DNA of 64,000 nt from an uncultured Planctomycetota bacterium (lineage in GTDB: Bacteria > Planctomycetota > Planctomycetia > Isosphaerales > Isosphaeraceae), in assembly GCA_963737655.1 (NCBI GenBank), contig CAVTTN010000002.1, positions 1,280,001 through 1,344,000 of the forward strand, written 5' to 3'. Below, in pieces: positions 20,322 through 33,050 of this stretch (within the stretch, counting starts at the first letter, position 1; each line of letters starts with the position of its first letter). The notes below the pieces were generated by a model. That model was not told where the DNA came from and did not search any database. It was given only the letters and a program-made list of their open reading frames with translations. The translations under genes and the position numbers were made by a program.

Positions 20322-21749
20322 ATGAGGCGAGTCTCAACCGTCGGCGGCGCCCTGACCGGCGCCTCGGCCCTGGCCACGATCTGGCTGGTCTTCGGGCCGC
20401 GTCCCACCCCCGCGAGCCCTCCCCCGGTCGGACCGACGAACGCCCCGGTCGCCGCGGGCCCGAAATTCGTCCCCCGAGGGGCCGGCTCGTGCGCCGCCGC
20501 CGCCTGCCACGGCTCGGCCACGTCGCTACCGTCATTCTCGAACGTCTTCCGCAACGAGCACACTACCTGGATCACCCGAGACCCCCACTCGCGGGCCTAC
20601 GAAGTCCTCAGCGATGAGCGGTCGCTGTCGATCGCCCGGAACCTGGGCAACGGCCGACCGGGCGGCCGCGTGATTGCGCCGTCCGAAGACGCCCGCTGCC
20701 TGGCCTGCCACTCCACCCCTTCGGCGACGACCGCCGCCTTGGGCGACGCCGCGGACGTGATCCGTCGCGACGGCGTCGGGTGCGAGTCTTGCCACGGGCC
20801 CTCCAGCGGATGGCTCAGCGAGCACACCCGGGCCGATTTCGTGGGACTCTCCGGCGAGGTCAAGCACGACCAGTTCGGCCTGAACAACCTGAAAAACCCG
20901 ATCGTTCGCGCGAAGACCTGCACCGGCTGCCACGTCGGCGCCCCGGAGGGAGACGGCCTCCCCCTGCGAGACGTCAATCACGACCTGATCGCCGCCGGCC
21001 ACCCCCGGCTCGACTGGGAGTTCTCGGCCTACGTGGCGAACTACCCCAAGCACTGGACCACCGCGAACGACCCGCCGGACTGGGACGCCCGGCTCTGGAA
21101 GATCGGCCAGGTTGAGACCCTCCGCGCCGCGACCGACCTCCTCAACGCCCGGGCCGAGGCCGCCGAGGCCCACAAGGCCCCCTGGCCCGAATTCGCCGAA
21201 TATTCCTGCTACAGCTGCCACTTCGCCCTGAAGGACAAGCCGTTCAAGGTCGGCCTCGACCCGCAGACGCCCCCCGGGATGCCCGCCTGGGGCTCGTGGA
21301 CGACTCCTTTGATCCCGCCTCTCGCGAAGCTCTCCGCCGGACCCGCCCCATCGGCCGACGAGCGGCTGAATGACCTCCGAACCGTCATGAAGACCTTCGG
21401 CGCGGAGCCCAAGATCGCCGCCGAGAAGGCCCGATCGACCCGCGACGCCCTCTCGGCCTGGCTGGCGACCCTCCCGAACGCCCCGCTGACCGCCCCCGAG
21501 ATCAAGACGCTGATCGCCGCCCTCGACGCCAGGGACGCTGCCGGACGACTCGCGCTGGTCCACCGATGGGACTCGGCCGCGCAGGTCTATCTCGGCCTCG
21601 CCGCCCTGAATGTGTCGCTCCAGAAGCTCGACCCGAACGCCGTCGATCCCAAGCTCCGGGCCGAGCTGAAGGAACTCCTCGGAAAGCTCAGCTTCGCCAA
21701 GGGGTTCGACAGCCCCCGGGATTTCAACCCGTCGGCGCCGAACCGTTAG
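20322..21749 (+). CDS. Pentaheme cytochrome c (c554-like N-terminal domain)
   Basis: N-terminal hydrophobic segment, CAAAACH, CLACH, GVGCESCHGP, CTGCH, CYSCH and HDLIAAGHP. Confidence 0.85.
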   Translation: MRRVSTVGGALTGASALATIWLVFGPRPTPASPPPVGPTNAPVAAGPKFVPRGAGSCAAAACHGSATSLPSFSNVFRNEHTTWITRDPHSRAYEVLSDERSLSIARNLGNGRPGGRVIAPSEDARCLACHSTPSATTAALGDAADVIRRDGVGCESCHGPSSGWLSEHTRADFVGLSGEVKHDQFGLNNLKNPIVRAKTCTGCHVGAPEGDGLPLRDVNHDLIAAGHPRLDWEFSAYVANYPKHWTTANDPPDWDARLWKIGQVETLRAATDLLNARAEAAEAHKAPWPEFAEYSCYSCHFALKDKPFKVGLDPQTPPGMPAWGSWTTPLIPPLAKLSAGPAPSADERLNDLRTVMKTFGAEPKIAAEKARSTRDALSAWLATLPNAPLTAPEIKTLIAALDARDAAGRLALVHRWDSAAQVYLGLAALNVSLQKLDPNAVDPKLRAELKELLGKLSFAKGFDSPRDFNPSAPNR

Positions 21750-21920
21750 GCCGCCCCCCTCGATTCGGGAGGTCTCGGACGCCGGGGAGGAAGCCGGATG
21801 CTCGGCCAATCGCCGTGCCGGTCCTTCTTCATGAGGTCGGCGACGATCGCACGGAGATCGTCGTTGAACGACCGGCCTTGAAGATCGCGCCGCCCGGACT
21901 TCCTTCAAGACGTCATCCGC
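21746..21920 (-). pseudogene. Degenerate remnant of a small DxxxxEVRxxR...FxxDLxAIxxDL...LPPRRP protein
   Basis: The minus strand reads DDVLKEVRAAR, then after a frame change DLQGRSFNDDLRAIVADLMKKDRHGDWPSIRLPPRRP...TAA. There is no in-frame start. Confidence 0.4.
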
Positions 21921-22062
21921 TCGGGGGCGGAAGCGAATTCAACGGTCGATTGGTGATGGGCCTGCTTGATGGATGAGCAATCCGACCGGACTCGGACCGA
22001 ACGGCGGCGCACGGTACACTGGGGGAAATCGCCGGACATCGTCACGAAGGGCAGTCGCACCG

Positions 22063-22647
22063 ATGGCCACCGTCGAACTGCTTCCGAACGAGGTCGGGCG
22101 CGTCGTCGAATCGTCGTTCCCGACCGAGGATTCGCTCTATGAGATCGTCGATGGCCTGCGGGTGGCGATCGCCCCGATGAGCGCTTATGCGGGCCTGGTC
22201 GCCTCGCGATTGGTCACCGAGCTCAACATCTCCGCCCGACCGGGGCGATTCGGCCAGGCCGCGGTGGAGACGCTTTTCCGCCTCCCCCTCCATGAGGACC
22301 GCTCCAGGAATCGGCGGCCGGATGTTGCCTTCGTGTCGGACGATCGTTGGCCCGTGGGGACGCCCATCCCCCTCCGGGACAACGCCTGGGACGTGGTCCC
22401 CGATCTCGCCGTCGAGGTCGTCAGCCCTCACGACCTGCTTGAGGAGGTCCTGGATCAGGTCGATGAGTACTTCCGGGCCGGGGTCCGGCTCGTGTGGGTC
22501 GTCCTGCCCGTCCATCGCCGGGTTTACGTCTACGAATCCCCTTCGAAACTTCACGTTCGGACCGACGCCGACGCCCTCGACGCGGAGGGCGTGCTCCCCG
22601 GGTTCCGCCTGCCCCTGGCGGGGCTGTTCGACCCTCCTGCCGCGTGA
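22063..22647 (+). CDS. Uma2 family (DUF820) putative endonuclease
   Basis: YEIVDG, RRPDVAFV, PDLAVEVVSP, YFRAGVRLVWVV and LPGFRLPL motifs. Confidence 0.9.
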   Translation: MATVELLPNEVGRVVESSFPTEDSLYEIVDGLRVAIAPMSAYAGLVASRLVTELNISARPGRFGQAAVETLFRLPLHEDRSRNRRPDVAFVSDDRWPVGTPIPLRDNAWDVVPDLAVEVVSPHDLLEEVLDQVDEYFRAGVRLVWVVLPVHRRVYVYESPSKLHVRTDADALDAEGVLPGFRLPLAGLFDPPAA

Positions 22648-22749
22648 TCCCCTCGGCCGGTACGGTCTTGGACGCCCCGGCGGTTCCCCTGTATCCTGGG
22701 GGCCGAGCGTCTCGCGACCGATCCGGGCCAGAACGAGGGGCAGCATGTC

Positions 22750-24483
22750 ATGGGCATCCCGACGATGATCGAAGCCTTGGGCGAGGACGCCTCGAAGGCC
22801 GTCCAGGCCGCCCTGGACGACTGGCAGGCCGGCAGCAAGGTCAAGAGGCTCTGGGACGGTGACGCTTCGCTCTGGTCGGGCGCCGACGAAGGCCAGTGGC
22901 TCGGCTGGCTCCACGTGATCGACGAGCCCGGCCGCACCGAGATGGTCAAGAACCTGCAGGCGATCGCCCAGGACGTCCATTCGCTCGGCGTGACCGACGC
23001 CCTGGTCATGGGGATGGGCGGGTCGAGCCTCTGCCCCGAAGTGTTGAAGATGACGTTCGGCCACATTCAGGGCTGGCCCAATCTCCACGTCCTGGATTCG
23101 ACCGTGCCGGCCCAGGTCGCCTCGTTCCGCGACTCGCTCGACCTGGCGAAGACGGTTTGCATCGTCTCGTCGAAGTCCGGCAGCACCACCGAGCCGAACG
23201 TCTTCCGCCAGTACTTCCAGGAGCAGGTCGGCGCCGCGATCGGAGCGGAGAAGGCCGGTTCCAGGTTCCTCGCCGTGACCGACCCGGGCACGAAGATGCA
23301 GGCCGTGGCCGAGCAGAACGAGTTCCGCACGATCGCCTTCGGCGTGCCGTCGATCGGCGGGCGGTTCTCGGCCCTGTCGAATTTCGGGATGGTCCCGGCG
23401 GCCGTGATGGGCCTCGACGTGGCGGATTTCCTCCGCCGGGCCGGCGAGATGGTCGTCGCCTGCGGCCCGAACACCTCGGCCGAGTCGAACCCGGGCGTCC
23501 GCCTCGGCGCGATCCTCGGCGTGATGGCCCGCGACTTCCACAAGGACAAGGTCACCCTGATCACCTCGCCTCCGATCGGAGACCTCGGCGCCTGGCTCGA
23601 ACAACTGCTCGCCGAATCGACCGGAAAGCAGGGCAAGGGCGTGGTCCCCGTCGACGGCGAGGCGATCGGGCCGCCTTCGGCGTACGGGAACGACCGCCTG
23701 TTCGTGTACTTGCGGCTCGAAGCCGCGCCCGATGCCTTGCAAGATGAGGCGGTCTCCGCCCTGGAGAATGCCGGCCATCCGGTGGTTCGCGTGCCGATCG
23801 AGGACCCGATGGACCTGGGCGCCGAGTTCTTCCGCTGGGAGTTCGCCACGGCGGTGGCCGGTTCGATCCTGGGGATCAACGCGTTCAATCAGCCGGACGT
23901 CGAGGCGAGCAAGATCAAGACCCGCGAGCTCTCGGCCGAGTACGCGAAGACGGGCAAGGTTCCCGACGAGGTCCCGGTCTCCGAGGGCGGCGGATTCAAG
24001 CTGTTCACCGACGAGAAGAACGCCGACGCCCTCGCCCGGGCCGCCGCCACGCCCGAGCCGGCCGATTACCTCCGGGCCCACCTCGCCCGGTTCGAGGTCG
24101 GCGATTATTTCGCCCTCACGGCCTATGTCCAGATGGACGCCGAGAACAAGGCGATCCTCGAAGAGATCCGCCACCTCGTGAGGGACGGGCGGCGAGTCGC
24201 GACGACGCTCGGGTTCGGGCCGAGGTTCCTGCACTCGACGGGCCAGCTCCACAAGGGGGGGCCGAACTCGGGCGTGTTCCTGCAAATCACCTCGGACGAC
24301 GCCTTCGACCTGGCGATCCCGGGCGAGGTCTACAGCTTCGGCCTGTTGAAGAGGTTCCAGGCGCAGGGGGATTTCGCCGTCCTGGTCGAGAGAAACCGCC
24401 GGGCCCTGCGCGTCCACCTCGGTCCCGACGTGCCGGAAGGGCTGCGGAAGCTCAAGGAGACCATCCGCGAAGCTCTCGGATGA
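22750..24483 (+). CDS. pgi: Glucose-6-phosphate isomerase (type matching the PGI half of Tal-Pgi fusions)
   Basis: WLGWL, GMGGSSL, SSKSGSTTE, IGGRFSALS, EQLLAESTGK, NQPDVEASK and GPRFLHSTGQLHKGG motifs. Confidence 0.9.
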   Translation: MGIPTMIEALGEDASKAVQAALDDWQAGSKVKRLWDGDASLWSGADEGQWLGWLHVIDEPGRTEMVKNLQAIAQDVHSLGVTDALVMGMGGSSLCPEVLKMTFGHIQGWPNLHVLDSTVPAQVASFRDSLDLAKTVCIVSSKSGSTTEPNVFRQYFQEQVGAAIGAEKAGSRFLAVTDPGTKMQAVAEQNEFRTIAFGVPSIGGRFSALSNFGMVPAAVMGLDVADFLRRAGEMVVACGPNTSAESNPGVRLGAILGVMARDFHKDKVTLITSPPIGDLGAWLEQLLAESTGKQGKGVVPVDGEAIGPPSAYGNDRLFVYLRLEAAPDALQDEAVSALENAGHPVVRVPIEDPMDLGAEFFRWEFATAVAGSILGINAFNQPDVEASKIKTRELSAEYAKTGKVPDEVPVSEGGGFKLFTDEKNADALARAAATPEPADYLRAHLARFEVGDYFALTAYVQMDAENKAILEEIRHLVRDGRRVATTLGFGPRFLHSTGQLHKGGPNSGVFLQITSDDAFDLAIPGEVYSFGLLKRFQAQGDFAVLVERNRRALRVHLGPDVPEGLRKLKETIREALG

Positions 24484-25019
24484 ACCGCCAAGACGCCAAG
24501 ATCGCCAAGGGAAGAGGAGAGGAGAACGCGTTTACTTCTGGGGGTTTCGATGAGCCTTTCCGAAAATCCTGCTCTCCGGACCGAGCCGGATGAAGAACTG
24601 GACGCCCTGGCCCATGCGGTCATCGGCGCGGCCATCGAAGTCCATCGGCATCTCGGTCCGGGCTACCTGGAGGGCGTTTACGAGGACGCCCTGGCTGTCG
24701 AATTCGGCCTGCGTGGCATCGTCTTCGAGCGGCAGAAACCGATCGCCGTCGAGTTCAAGGGGGTCCCCGTCGGTGAGGGTCGGCTCGATTTCCTCGTCGA
24801 AGAGCGTCTGATCGCCGAATTGAAGGCCGTCGAGGAACTGGCGCCGATCCACCGCGCCCAGGTCCTCTCCTATCTCCGAACGACCGGGCCGAGCCTCGGC
24901 CTGCTGATCAACTTCAACGTCACAACCCTGAGGAACGGGATCAAGCGAGTGATCCTCTCCTGATCCTCCTCTCCTCTTCTCTCGTCTTTCCTTGGCGCCC
25001 TTGGCGTCTTGGCGGTTCA
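24481..25019. mobile_element. Putative inverted-repeat-bounded element carrying a GxxExxY gene
   Basis: Perfect 20-bp IR TGAACCGCCAAGACGCCAAG at 24481-24500 and 25000-25019. Each end has three CGCCAAG units and a purine (left) or pyrimidine (right) tract. Confidence 0.65.
24550..24963 (+). CDS. GxxExxY protein (PD-(D/E)xK nuclease-like fold)
   Basis: VIGAAIEVHRHLGPGYLEGVY, RLDFLVE..IAELKAV, AQVLSYL and GLLINFN. 137 aa. Confidence 0.95.
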   Translation: MSLSENPALRTEPDEELDALAHAVIGAAIEVHRHLGPGYLEGVYEDALAVEFGLRGIVFERQKPIAVEFKGVPVGEGRLDFLVEERLIAELKAVEELAPIHRAQVLSYLRTTGPSLGLLINFNVTTLRNGIKRVILS

Positions 25020-25039
25020 CCTTTCCCGGACGATCCACG

Positions 25040-27120
<2,081 letters not shown>

Positions 27121-27124
<4 letters not shown>

Positions 27125-27528
27125 ACCCGCTCGGGACGATCCGCTCGAGGCCGGCCGGTCCCCGCCGATCGCGTCGCAAGACGGTCACGATCGGCGGGAT
27201 GCTCCTGATCGTCGCCCTGTCGGCGGCGGGGCTGAGGCTCCTCCGGGCGATCCTCCCTCTGACCGCATCCCAGGCCGCCCGGGTCGCCCGCGAGGAGGTC
27301 TCCCGGCGCGACCCGGCCTTCGCCGCCGACGCCCAGGTCGTCCAGGTCGCCCCCCGAGAGGAGACCGCCGGCAGGCCGTGGAACTGGGCCTACCGCTGGG
27401 AGGTCGTCCTGAGGGGCCGCGACGCCCCGACCGGGTACTTCGTCGAGATCGACGGCCGCGAAAACGTGAAGGTCGGCCTCGCCTACGACATCCGCCCCGG
27501 CCACTGGTCCTACGACGAGCCGCGATGA
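27121..27528 (+). CDS. Small hypothetical protein with one TM helix
   Basis: ATGA overlap with the tkt stop. A basic stretch is followed by TIGGMLLIVALSAAGL. This is the 3' end of ORF 26200..27528. Confidence 0.6.
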
Positions 27529-27559
27529 ACCCGAACCCGATCGAGAAACGGCACGACGC

Positions 27560-28231
27560 ATGAGCGCATCTCACCCCGCCCTCCAGTTCGTCGAGCCCGG
27601 CCAGGTGCTCGGGCTCGGCACCGGCCGATCGGCCGCCGCGTTCATCCGGGCCCTGGGCGATCGGGTCAAGGCGGGCCTGGACGTCCGCGGCGTCCCCACG
27701 TCGAAGGCCTCGGCCGAGCTCGCCCGGTCGCTGGGAATCCCCCTGGTTTCGCTCGACGACATCGACTCGATCGACGTCGCCCTCGACGGCGCCGACGAGG
27801 TCGACCCGGCCCTGAACCTCATCAAGGGCCGGGGCGGCGCGCTGGTCCGCGAGAAGATCGTCGCCGCGGCGGCCCGGCAATTCCTCGTGCTGGTGGGCGA
27901 GGAGAAGCTCGTCCCGGTCCTCGGGGCGAAGGGGGCCCTGCCGGTGGAGGTCGTCCCGTTCGCCCTCGGGTTCTGCCGGAGGAAGCTCGACGCCCTGGGC
28001 TGCCGGCCCTCGCCGAGGACCACGCCCGAGGGCGCCCCGTACATCTCCGACAACGGCAACCCGATCCTGGATTGCCACATCCACGAGCTGGCCGACCCCG
28101 CCGCCCTCGAACGGGCGATCCTCGCCCTGCCCGGGGTCGTGGACACCGGATTGTTCCTCGGGATGGCCTCGGCGGTGATCGTCGGCGATGATGAGACATC
28201 GGCGCGGGTCTTGCGGCGCCCGGGGACCTGA
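27560..28231 (+). CDS. rpiA: Ribose-5-phosphate isomerase A
   Basis: GLGTGRS, DGADEVD, IKGRGGALVREKIVA, LPVEV and GVVDTGLF motifs. Confidence 0.96.
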   Translation: MSASHPALQFVEPGQVLGLGTGRSAAAFIRALGDRVKAGLDVRGVPTSKASAELARSLGIPLVSLDDIDSIDVALDGADEVDPALNLIKGRGGALVREKIVAAAARQFLVLVGEEKLVPVLGAKGALPVEVVPFALGFCRRKLDALGCRPSPRTTPEGAPYISDNGNPILDCHIHELADPAALERAILALPGVVDTGLFLGMASAVIVGDDETSARVLRRPGT

Positions 28232-28255
28232 TCTCCCGTCCAGAAGGAGGATGTC

Positions 28256-28906
28256 ATGAGCCTCGGCACGGCCGTCGAAACCCGATCACCGATCGAATCC
28301 CAGGTCGTCCCCCCTCCGCCCGAATCCGGCGATGCGCCGTATGAGCTGACGGCCGACGAATTCCTCGCTCTCGTCGAAACCGGGGCATTCCGCGAGGGTT
28401 CCCGCATCTACCTCCGGGACGGCCGGATCTACGAGAAAATGGCGAAAACCATCCCCCATTCCCTGCTCGGCTCGATGATCGCCACCGCCCTGATCCGACG
28501 CCTCCCGCCGGGTTGGTTCGTGATCCCCGAGGGACAGTTCAAGGTCGATGACAGGAATTCCCGCCTGCCCGACATCGCCGTGGTCCGGGGGGCCCATCCC
28601 TTCGCCCTCCTCGAACCCGGCGCCTTTCCCGAGGCCAAAGACCTCGGCCTGATCGTCGAGATCTCCGTGACGAGCCTCGCGAAAAACCCGGGCCGGAACC
28701 TCGATCGCTATGCCCGGTCCGGTGTGCCGAGCTACTGGGTCATGGACTTCCCCGGCCGCCGCATCCTCGCCCATTCCGGGCCCCGGGCCGTCGAGGACCG
28801 GGGCGAGTATGAGCACGTCGCGGTCGTCGGGCCCGGCCGGATGATCCCCCTCGTCCTGGACGGCGTCGAGTCCGTCCGGTTCGCCTATGAAGAACTGATG
28901 CCCTGA
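28256..28906 (+). CDS. Uma2 family (DUF820) putative endonuclease
   Basis: [23 protein letters not shown] and [11 protein letters not shown] motifs. AAGGAGG RBS upstream. Confidence 0.85.
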   Translation: MSLGTAVETRSPIESQVVPPPPESGDAPYELTADEFLALVETGAFREGSRIYLRDGRIYEKMAKTIPHSLLGSMIATALIRRLPPGWFVIPEGQFKVDDRNSRLPDIAVVRGAHPFALLEPGAFPEAKDLGLIVEISVTSLAKNPGRNLDRYARSGVPSYWVMDFPGRRILAHSGPRAVEDRGEYEHVAVVGPGRMIPLVLDGVESVRFAYEELMP

Positions 28907-28935
28907 TCGGGATCAAAATCTCAGGAGATGCTGTC

Positions 28936-29961
28936 GTGCAACTCGGAATGGTCGGGCTGGGGCGGATGGGCGCGAACATGGCCCGCCGCCTGATGAAGGG
29001 CGGACACCAGTGCGTCGCCTTCGACATGAACCCGCAGAGCGTCCAGGCCCTGGAGGCCCACGGGGCCGTCGGCGCCTCGTCGATGGAGGACTTCGTCCGG
29101 AAGCTCACCAAGCCCCGGGCCGTCTGGCTGATGATCCCGGCCGCGTTCGTCGACTCGACCCTGGAGAAGTTCGCCGCCATCCTCGAGCCCGACGACATCT
29201 TGATCGACGGCGGCAACTCCTACTACATCGACGACATCGCGCGGGCCAGGACCCTGAAGACCAAGGGCCTGCACTACGTCGATGTCGGCACGAGCGGAGG
29301 CGTGTGGGGCCTGGAGCGCGGCTACTGCCAGATGATCGGCGGCGAGGACGCGGTGGTGAAGCACCTCGACCCGATCTTCAAGACCCTCGCCCCCGGGATC
29401 GACGCCAACCCCGCCCGCACCCCCGGCCGCGAAGGCCAGCCCGCGTCCACCGCCGAGCACGGCTATCTCCACTGCGGGCCCAACGGCGCGGGGCACTTCG
29501 TCAAGATGGTGCACAACGGCATCGAATACGGCATCATGGCCGCGTACGCCGAGGGCCTGAACATCCTCAAGCAGGCCGACATCGGCACCCGCGAGCACGC
29601 CAAGGACGCCGAGACCACCCCCCTGCGGAACCCGGAGCACTATCAATACAAGTTCAACCTCGCCGACGTGGCCGAGAACTGGAGGCGAGGCAGCGTGATC
29701 GGTTCCTGGCTCCTGGACCTCACCGCCAGCGCCCTGGCCAAGGACGAGGGGCTCGTCGAGTTCTCCGGCCGCGTGAGCGACTCGGGCGAGGGCCGCTGGA
29801 CCATCCAGGCCGCCATCGACGAGGCCGTGCCGGCCCACGTCCTCACCACCGCGCTGTATGAACGATTCAGCTCCCGAGGCGAGTCGAATTATGCCGACAA
29901 GCTGATGTCGGCCATGCGCAAGGAATTCGGCGGGCACGTCGAGCGCGCTGCGGGCGGTTGA
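28936..29961 (+). CDS. gnd: 6-phosphogluconate dehydrogenase, decarboxylating (short type)
   Basis: [42 protein letters not shown] and MRKEFGGH motifs. AGGAG upstream. Confidence 0.95.
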   Translation: MQLGMVGLGRMGANMARRLMKGGHQCVAFDMNPQSVQALEAHGAVGASSMEDFVRKLTKPRAVWLMIPAAFVDSTLEKFAAILEPDDILIDGGNSYYIDDIARARTLKTKGLHYVDVGTSGGVWGLERGYCQMIGGEDAVVKHLDPIFKTLAPGIDANPARTPGREGQPASTAEHGYLHCGPNGAGHFVKMVHNGIEYGIMAAYAEGLNILKQADIGTREHAKDAETTPLRNPEHYQYKFNLADVAENWRRGSVIGSWLLDLTASALAKDEGLVEFSGRVSDSGEGRWTIQAAIDEAVPAHVLTTALYERFSSRGESNYADKLMSAMRKEFGGHVERAAGG

Positions 29962-29966
29962 GAGAT

Positions 29967-30150
29967 TGAACCGCCAAGACGCCAAGTTCGCCAAGGGCAG
30001 AGGAGAGGAGTAGAGCGGGAAGAAATGAGAAACACAGATTAGATCGGATGAGAATTTAACTCGATTTGCAAATCCGCTGATTTGCGCGCTGAATTCTTAC
30101 TCTTCTCCTCCTCTCCTCTCCCCTTGGCGGACCTGGCGCCCCGGCGGTGA
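29967..30150. mobile_element. Gene-less (MITE-like) copy of the GxxExxY-type element
   Basis: The left end TGAACCGCCAAGACGCCAAG (29967-29986) is identical to 24481-24500. The core is AT-rich and the inverted right end is degenerate (ctcctctccccttggcggacctggcgccccggcggtga). Confidence 0.7.
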
Positions 30151-30185
30151 GTCCGATTCCCCATCCACCAGTCGGAGCCCAGAGA

Positions 30186-31817
30186 ATGGCGACAGCCGAG
30201 ATCACGAACCCGCTGACGGCCGGGACGCCCCGGACCTTGCTGCCCCAGCCGTGCGTCCTGGTGATCTTCGGCGCGGCCGGGGACCTCTCCTGGCGGAAGC
30301 TCCTCCCGGCCGTCTACAACCTGAACGTCGATGGCGTCCTGCCGTCGAACTTCGCCGTCGTCGGCTTCGGGATGAAGCCCGACGGGCCGATCGAGGGCGA
30401 CCCGGACCAGTACATCCGCGACCGCGCCCGGGACGGCATCGAGCACAACTCCCGCCAGCCCCTGGACGAGTCCCACTGGAACGACTTCGCCCGCGCCCTG
30501 TTCTTCGTCGAAGGCTCGTTCAGCGACCTCCGCGCCTACGAGCAGCTCAAGGCGAAGCTCGACGCCGTGGACCAGCAGTTCGGCATCCCCGGCAGCCGGG
30601 TCTTCTACCTCTCGATCCCCCCGGGCCTCGTCAACGTCTGCGTCGAGCGGCTCAAGGCCGCCGGCCTCGTCGCCGACCCCCAGGACAAGCGCAAGTTCAC
30701 CCGGGTGATCGTCGAGAAGCCGATCGGCCGCGACCTGGAGAGCGCCCGGGCCGTCGTCAACGGCGTGGGCCAGGCGTTCTCCGAGGACCAGACCTACCGG
30801 ATCGACCATTATCTCGGCAAGGAGACCGTCCAGAACTTGCTGGTCCTCCGGTTCGCCAACAGCATCTTCGAGCCGCTCTGGAACGGCAAGTACATCGACC
30901 ACGTGCAGATCACCGTGGCCGAGGAAGAAGGCGTCTCGCACTTCGACGACGACGGCCGGATGACCGCCAGCCGGATCGGCTATTACGAGGGCGTGGGCGC
31001 CCTCCGCGACATGGTCCAGAACCACATGCTCCAGGTCCTCTGCCTGACCGCGATGGAGCCGCCCTACTCGCTCGACCCCGACGTCGTCCGCGACGCCAAG
31101 GCCGGCGTCCTCCACTGCCTGAGGCCCATGACCGACGCCGACGTCCAGGCCAGCGTCGTCCGGGCCCAGTACATCGACGGCGACGAGATGGGCGTGGCCG
31201 TCCCGGGCTATCGCACCGAGGTCCGGAGATATTACGAGGAGTTGCTCAGGAAGCCCGTCCCGCCCGAGGCCGTGAACTCCACGACCGAGACGTTCGTCGC
31301 CATGCGCCTGTTCGTCGACAACTGGCGATGGGCGGGCGTCCCGTTCTACCTCCGCACCGGCAAGCGCCTGCCGAAGCGCGCGAGCGAGGTCGCCATCCAG
31401 TTCAAGGACGTGCCGAACGTCCTGTTCAACGCCCATCCGGACGTCCCCCTGGAGCCGACGGTGCTCTCCCTGAGGGTCCAGCCCGAGGAGGGCCTGTCGA
31501 TGAGGATCGCCTCCAAGCTCCCCGGGCCGAAGGTGCGGATCTACCCCGTCAAGATGGAGTTCAACTACTCCGAGAGCTTCGGCGGGACCACCCCGGAAGC
31601 ATATGAACGATTGATCCTCGACGTGATGGCCGGGGATGCCACCTTGTTCATGCGTCGAGACGCCGTGGAGGCGGCCTGGCAGTTCGTCATGCCGATCCTC
31701 GACCACTGGCAGAGGAGCCACTCGCGCTACCTGCCCGAGTACCGGGCCGGGACGTGGGGGCCCCTGGAAGCCGATCGCCTGATCGAGTCCGACGGCCGAA
31801 GCTGGAGGACCCTATGA
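30186..31817 (+). CDS. zwf: Glucose-6-phosphate 1-dehydrogenase
   Basis: IFGAAGDL, EKPIG, RIDHYLGKETVQN, RDMVQNH and RWAGVPFYLRTGK motifs. Confidence 0.97.
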   Translation: MATAEITNPLTAGTPRTLLPQPCVLVIFGAAGDLSWRKLLPAVYNLNVDGVLPSNFAVVGFGMKPDGPIEGDPDQYIRDRARDGIEHNSRQPLDESHWNDFARALFFVEGSFSDLRAYEQLKAKLDAVDQQFGIPGSRVFYLSIPPGLVNVCVERLKAAGLVADPQDKRKFTRVIVEKPIGRDLESARAVVNGVGQAFSEDQTYRIDHYLGKETVQNLLVLRFANSIFEPLWNGKYIDHVQITVAEEEGVSHFDDDGRMTASRIGYYEGVGALRDMVQNHMLQVLCLTAMEPPYSLDPDVVRDAKAGVLHCLRPMTDADVQASVVRAQYIDGDEMGVAVPGYRTEVRRYYEELLRKPVPPEAVNSTTETFVAMRLFVDNWRWAGVPFYLRTGKRLPKRASEVAIQFKDVPNVLFNAHPDVPLEPTVLSLRVQPEEGLSMRIASKLPGPKVRIYPVKMEFNYSESFGGTTPEAYERLILDVMAGDATLFMRRDAVEAAWQFVMPILDHWQRSHSRYLPEYRAGTWGPLEADRLIESDGRSWRTL

Positions 31818-32950
31818 GCAACACGATCGCCGAGTCCGAGCCGACGACGGTGCCCCTGAGGCAGGTCGAGCGCGAGCTGAACCGCCAGTTGAAGGCCGTC
31901 CAGGGCCGGTCGGGCGAGGCCCCGGTCGTCCGCGCCGGCCTGTCGAACCTGATCATCTATTGCAACAGCGCCAAGCTGGCCGAGGAGGTCGGCGCCGAGG
32001 TCCCGGCGATCGTGGCGATCCACCCGGCTCGCGTCCTGATCCTCGCCCACGAGCCCTCGGGCGACGAGGGGCCGGTCACGGCCACCGTCCACACCCGGAT
32101 GCACAAGCTGAGCAAGGGCCTCCGCGCCTTCTCCGAGCAGGTCACGCTGAGGGCCAACGGCCGAGGCGGCGACCACCTGCCGTACGCCGTCCGCTCGCTC
32201 CTGATCGGCGACCTGCCGACGAACCTCTGGTGGGCGGCCCCGCAACCCCCGGCGATGGCCGGGGCCTTGCTGTACGACCTGGCGGACCAGGCCGACCAGG
32301 TCCTCTACGACAGCTACGGATGGCCCGAGCCGGCCCGGGGGATGACCGCCACGGCCTCCTGGCTCGAACGCTTCGAACGAGGCCCGGGGCAGGGCCCCTA
32401 CCGTGTCGCCAGCGACCTGACCTGGCGACGGCTGAGGAACTGGAGGAGGCTCCTCGGCCAGGCGCTCGACCCGGCCATCGCCCCCGGGGCCCTGGAGTCG
32501 GTCCAGGAGGTCGAGATCGACCACGGCCCCCACTCGGTCACGTCCGCCTGGGGCCTGGCCAGTTGGCTGGCCCTGGGGCTGGGCTGGCGAGTGATCGGCT
32601 CGCAATTCCATCAAGGCGTCCAGATCGACTGGCGTTTCGACTCCAAGAATGGGCCCAGGCACATGAAGGTCCGCCGCCTGGCCGACGCGCCGAGAGGCGT
32701 CCGCGAGGTGAGGATCTGCTGCAACCTCGAAGGCTTCCCGGGCGCCCTCGTGGCGCGTCCCGAGGACGACGACCGCCGCCTGAGCGTGATCCCCGAAGGC
32801 GGGGACGCCGCCCCCCGGACCATCACCGTCCAGCCCCAGCCCGTCGCCGAGCTCGTCGGCCGCCAGCTCTCCGACCGAGAGCGCGACCCGGTCTTCCGCC
32901 AGGCCATGGGAATGGCCCAGGCCCTGGCCCAGAGCGTCCTCGGGGCGTGA
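31814..32950 (+). CDS. opcA: G6PDH assembly/activator protein OpcA
   Basis: Overlaps the zwf stop (ATGA). HPARVL, LLIGDLPTNLWW and DLTWRRL motifs. Confidence 0.85.
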   Translation: MSNTIAESEPTTVPLRQVERELNRQLKAVQGRSGEAPVVRAGLSNLIIYCNSAKLAEEVGAEVPAIVAIHPARVLILAHEPSGDEGPVTATVHTRMHKLSKGLRAFSEQVTLRANGRGGDHLPYAVRSLLIGDLPTNLWWAAPQPPAMAGALLYDLADQADQVLYDSYGWPEPARGMTATASWLERFERGPGQGPYRVASDLTWRRLRNWRRLLGQALDPAIAPGALESVQEVEIDHGPHSVTSAWGLASWLALGLGWRVIGSQFHQGVQIDWRFDSKNGPRHMKVRRLADAPRGVREVRICCNLEGFPGALVARPEDDDRRLSVIPEGGDAAPRTITVQPQPVAELVGRQLSDRERDPVFRQAMGMAQALAQSVLGA

Positions 32951-33050
32951 GGACCGACCCCGCCCCGGCCTCGCCTCGTTGACGCCCCTCCATCGCTTGT
33001 TTAACATCACCCCGGGATGCGGCGACGATCCTTCGGCGGAGGCGGGCCTC

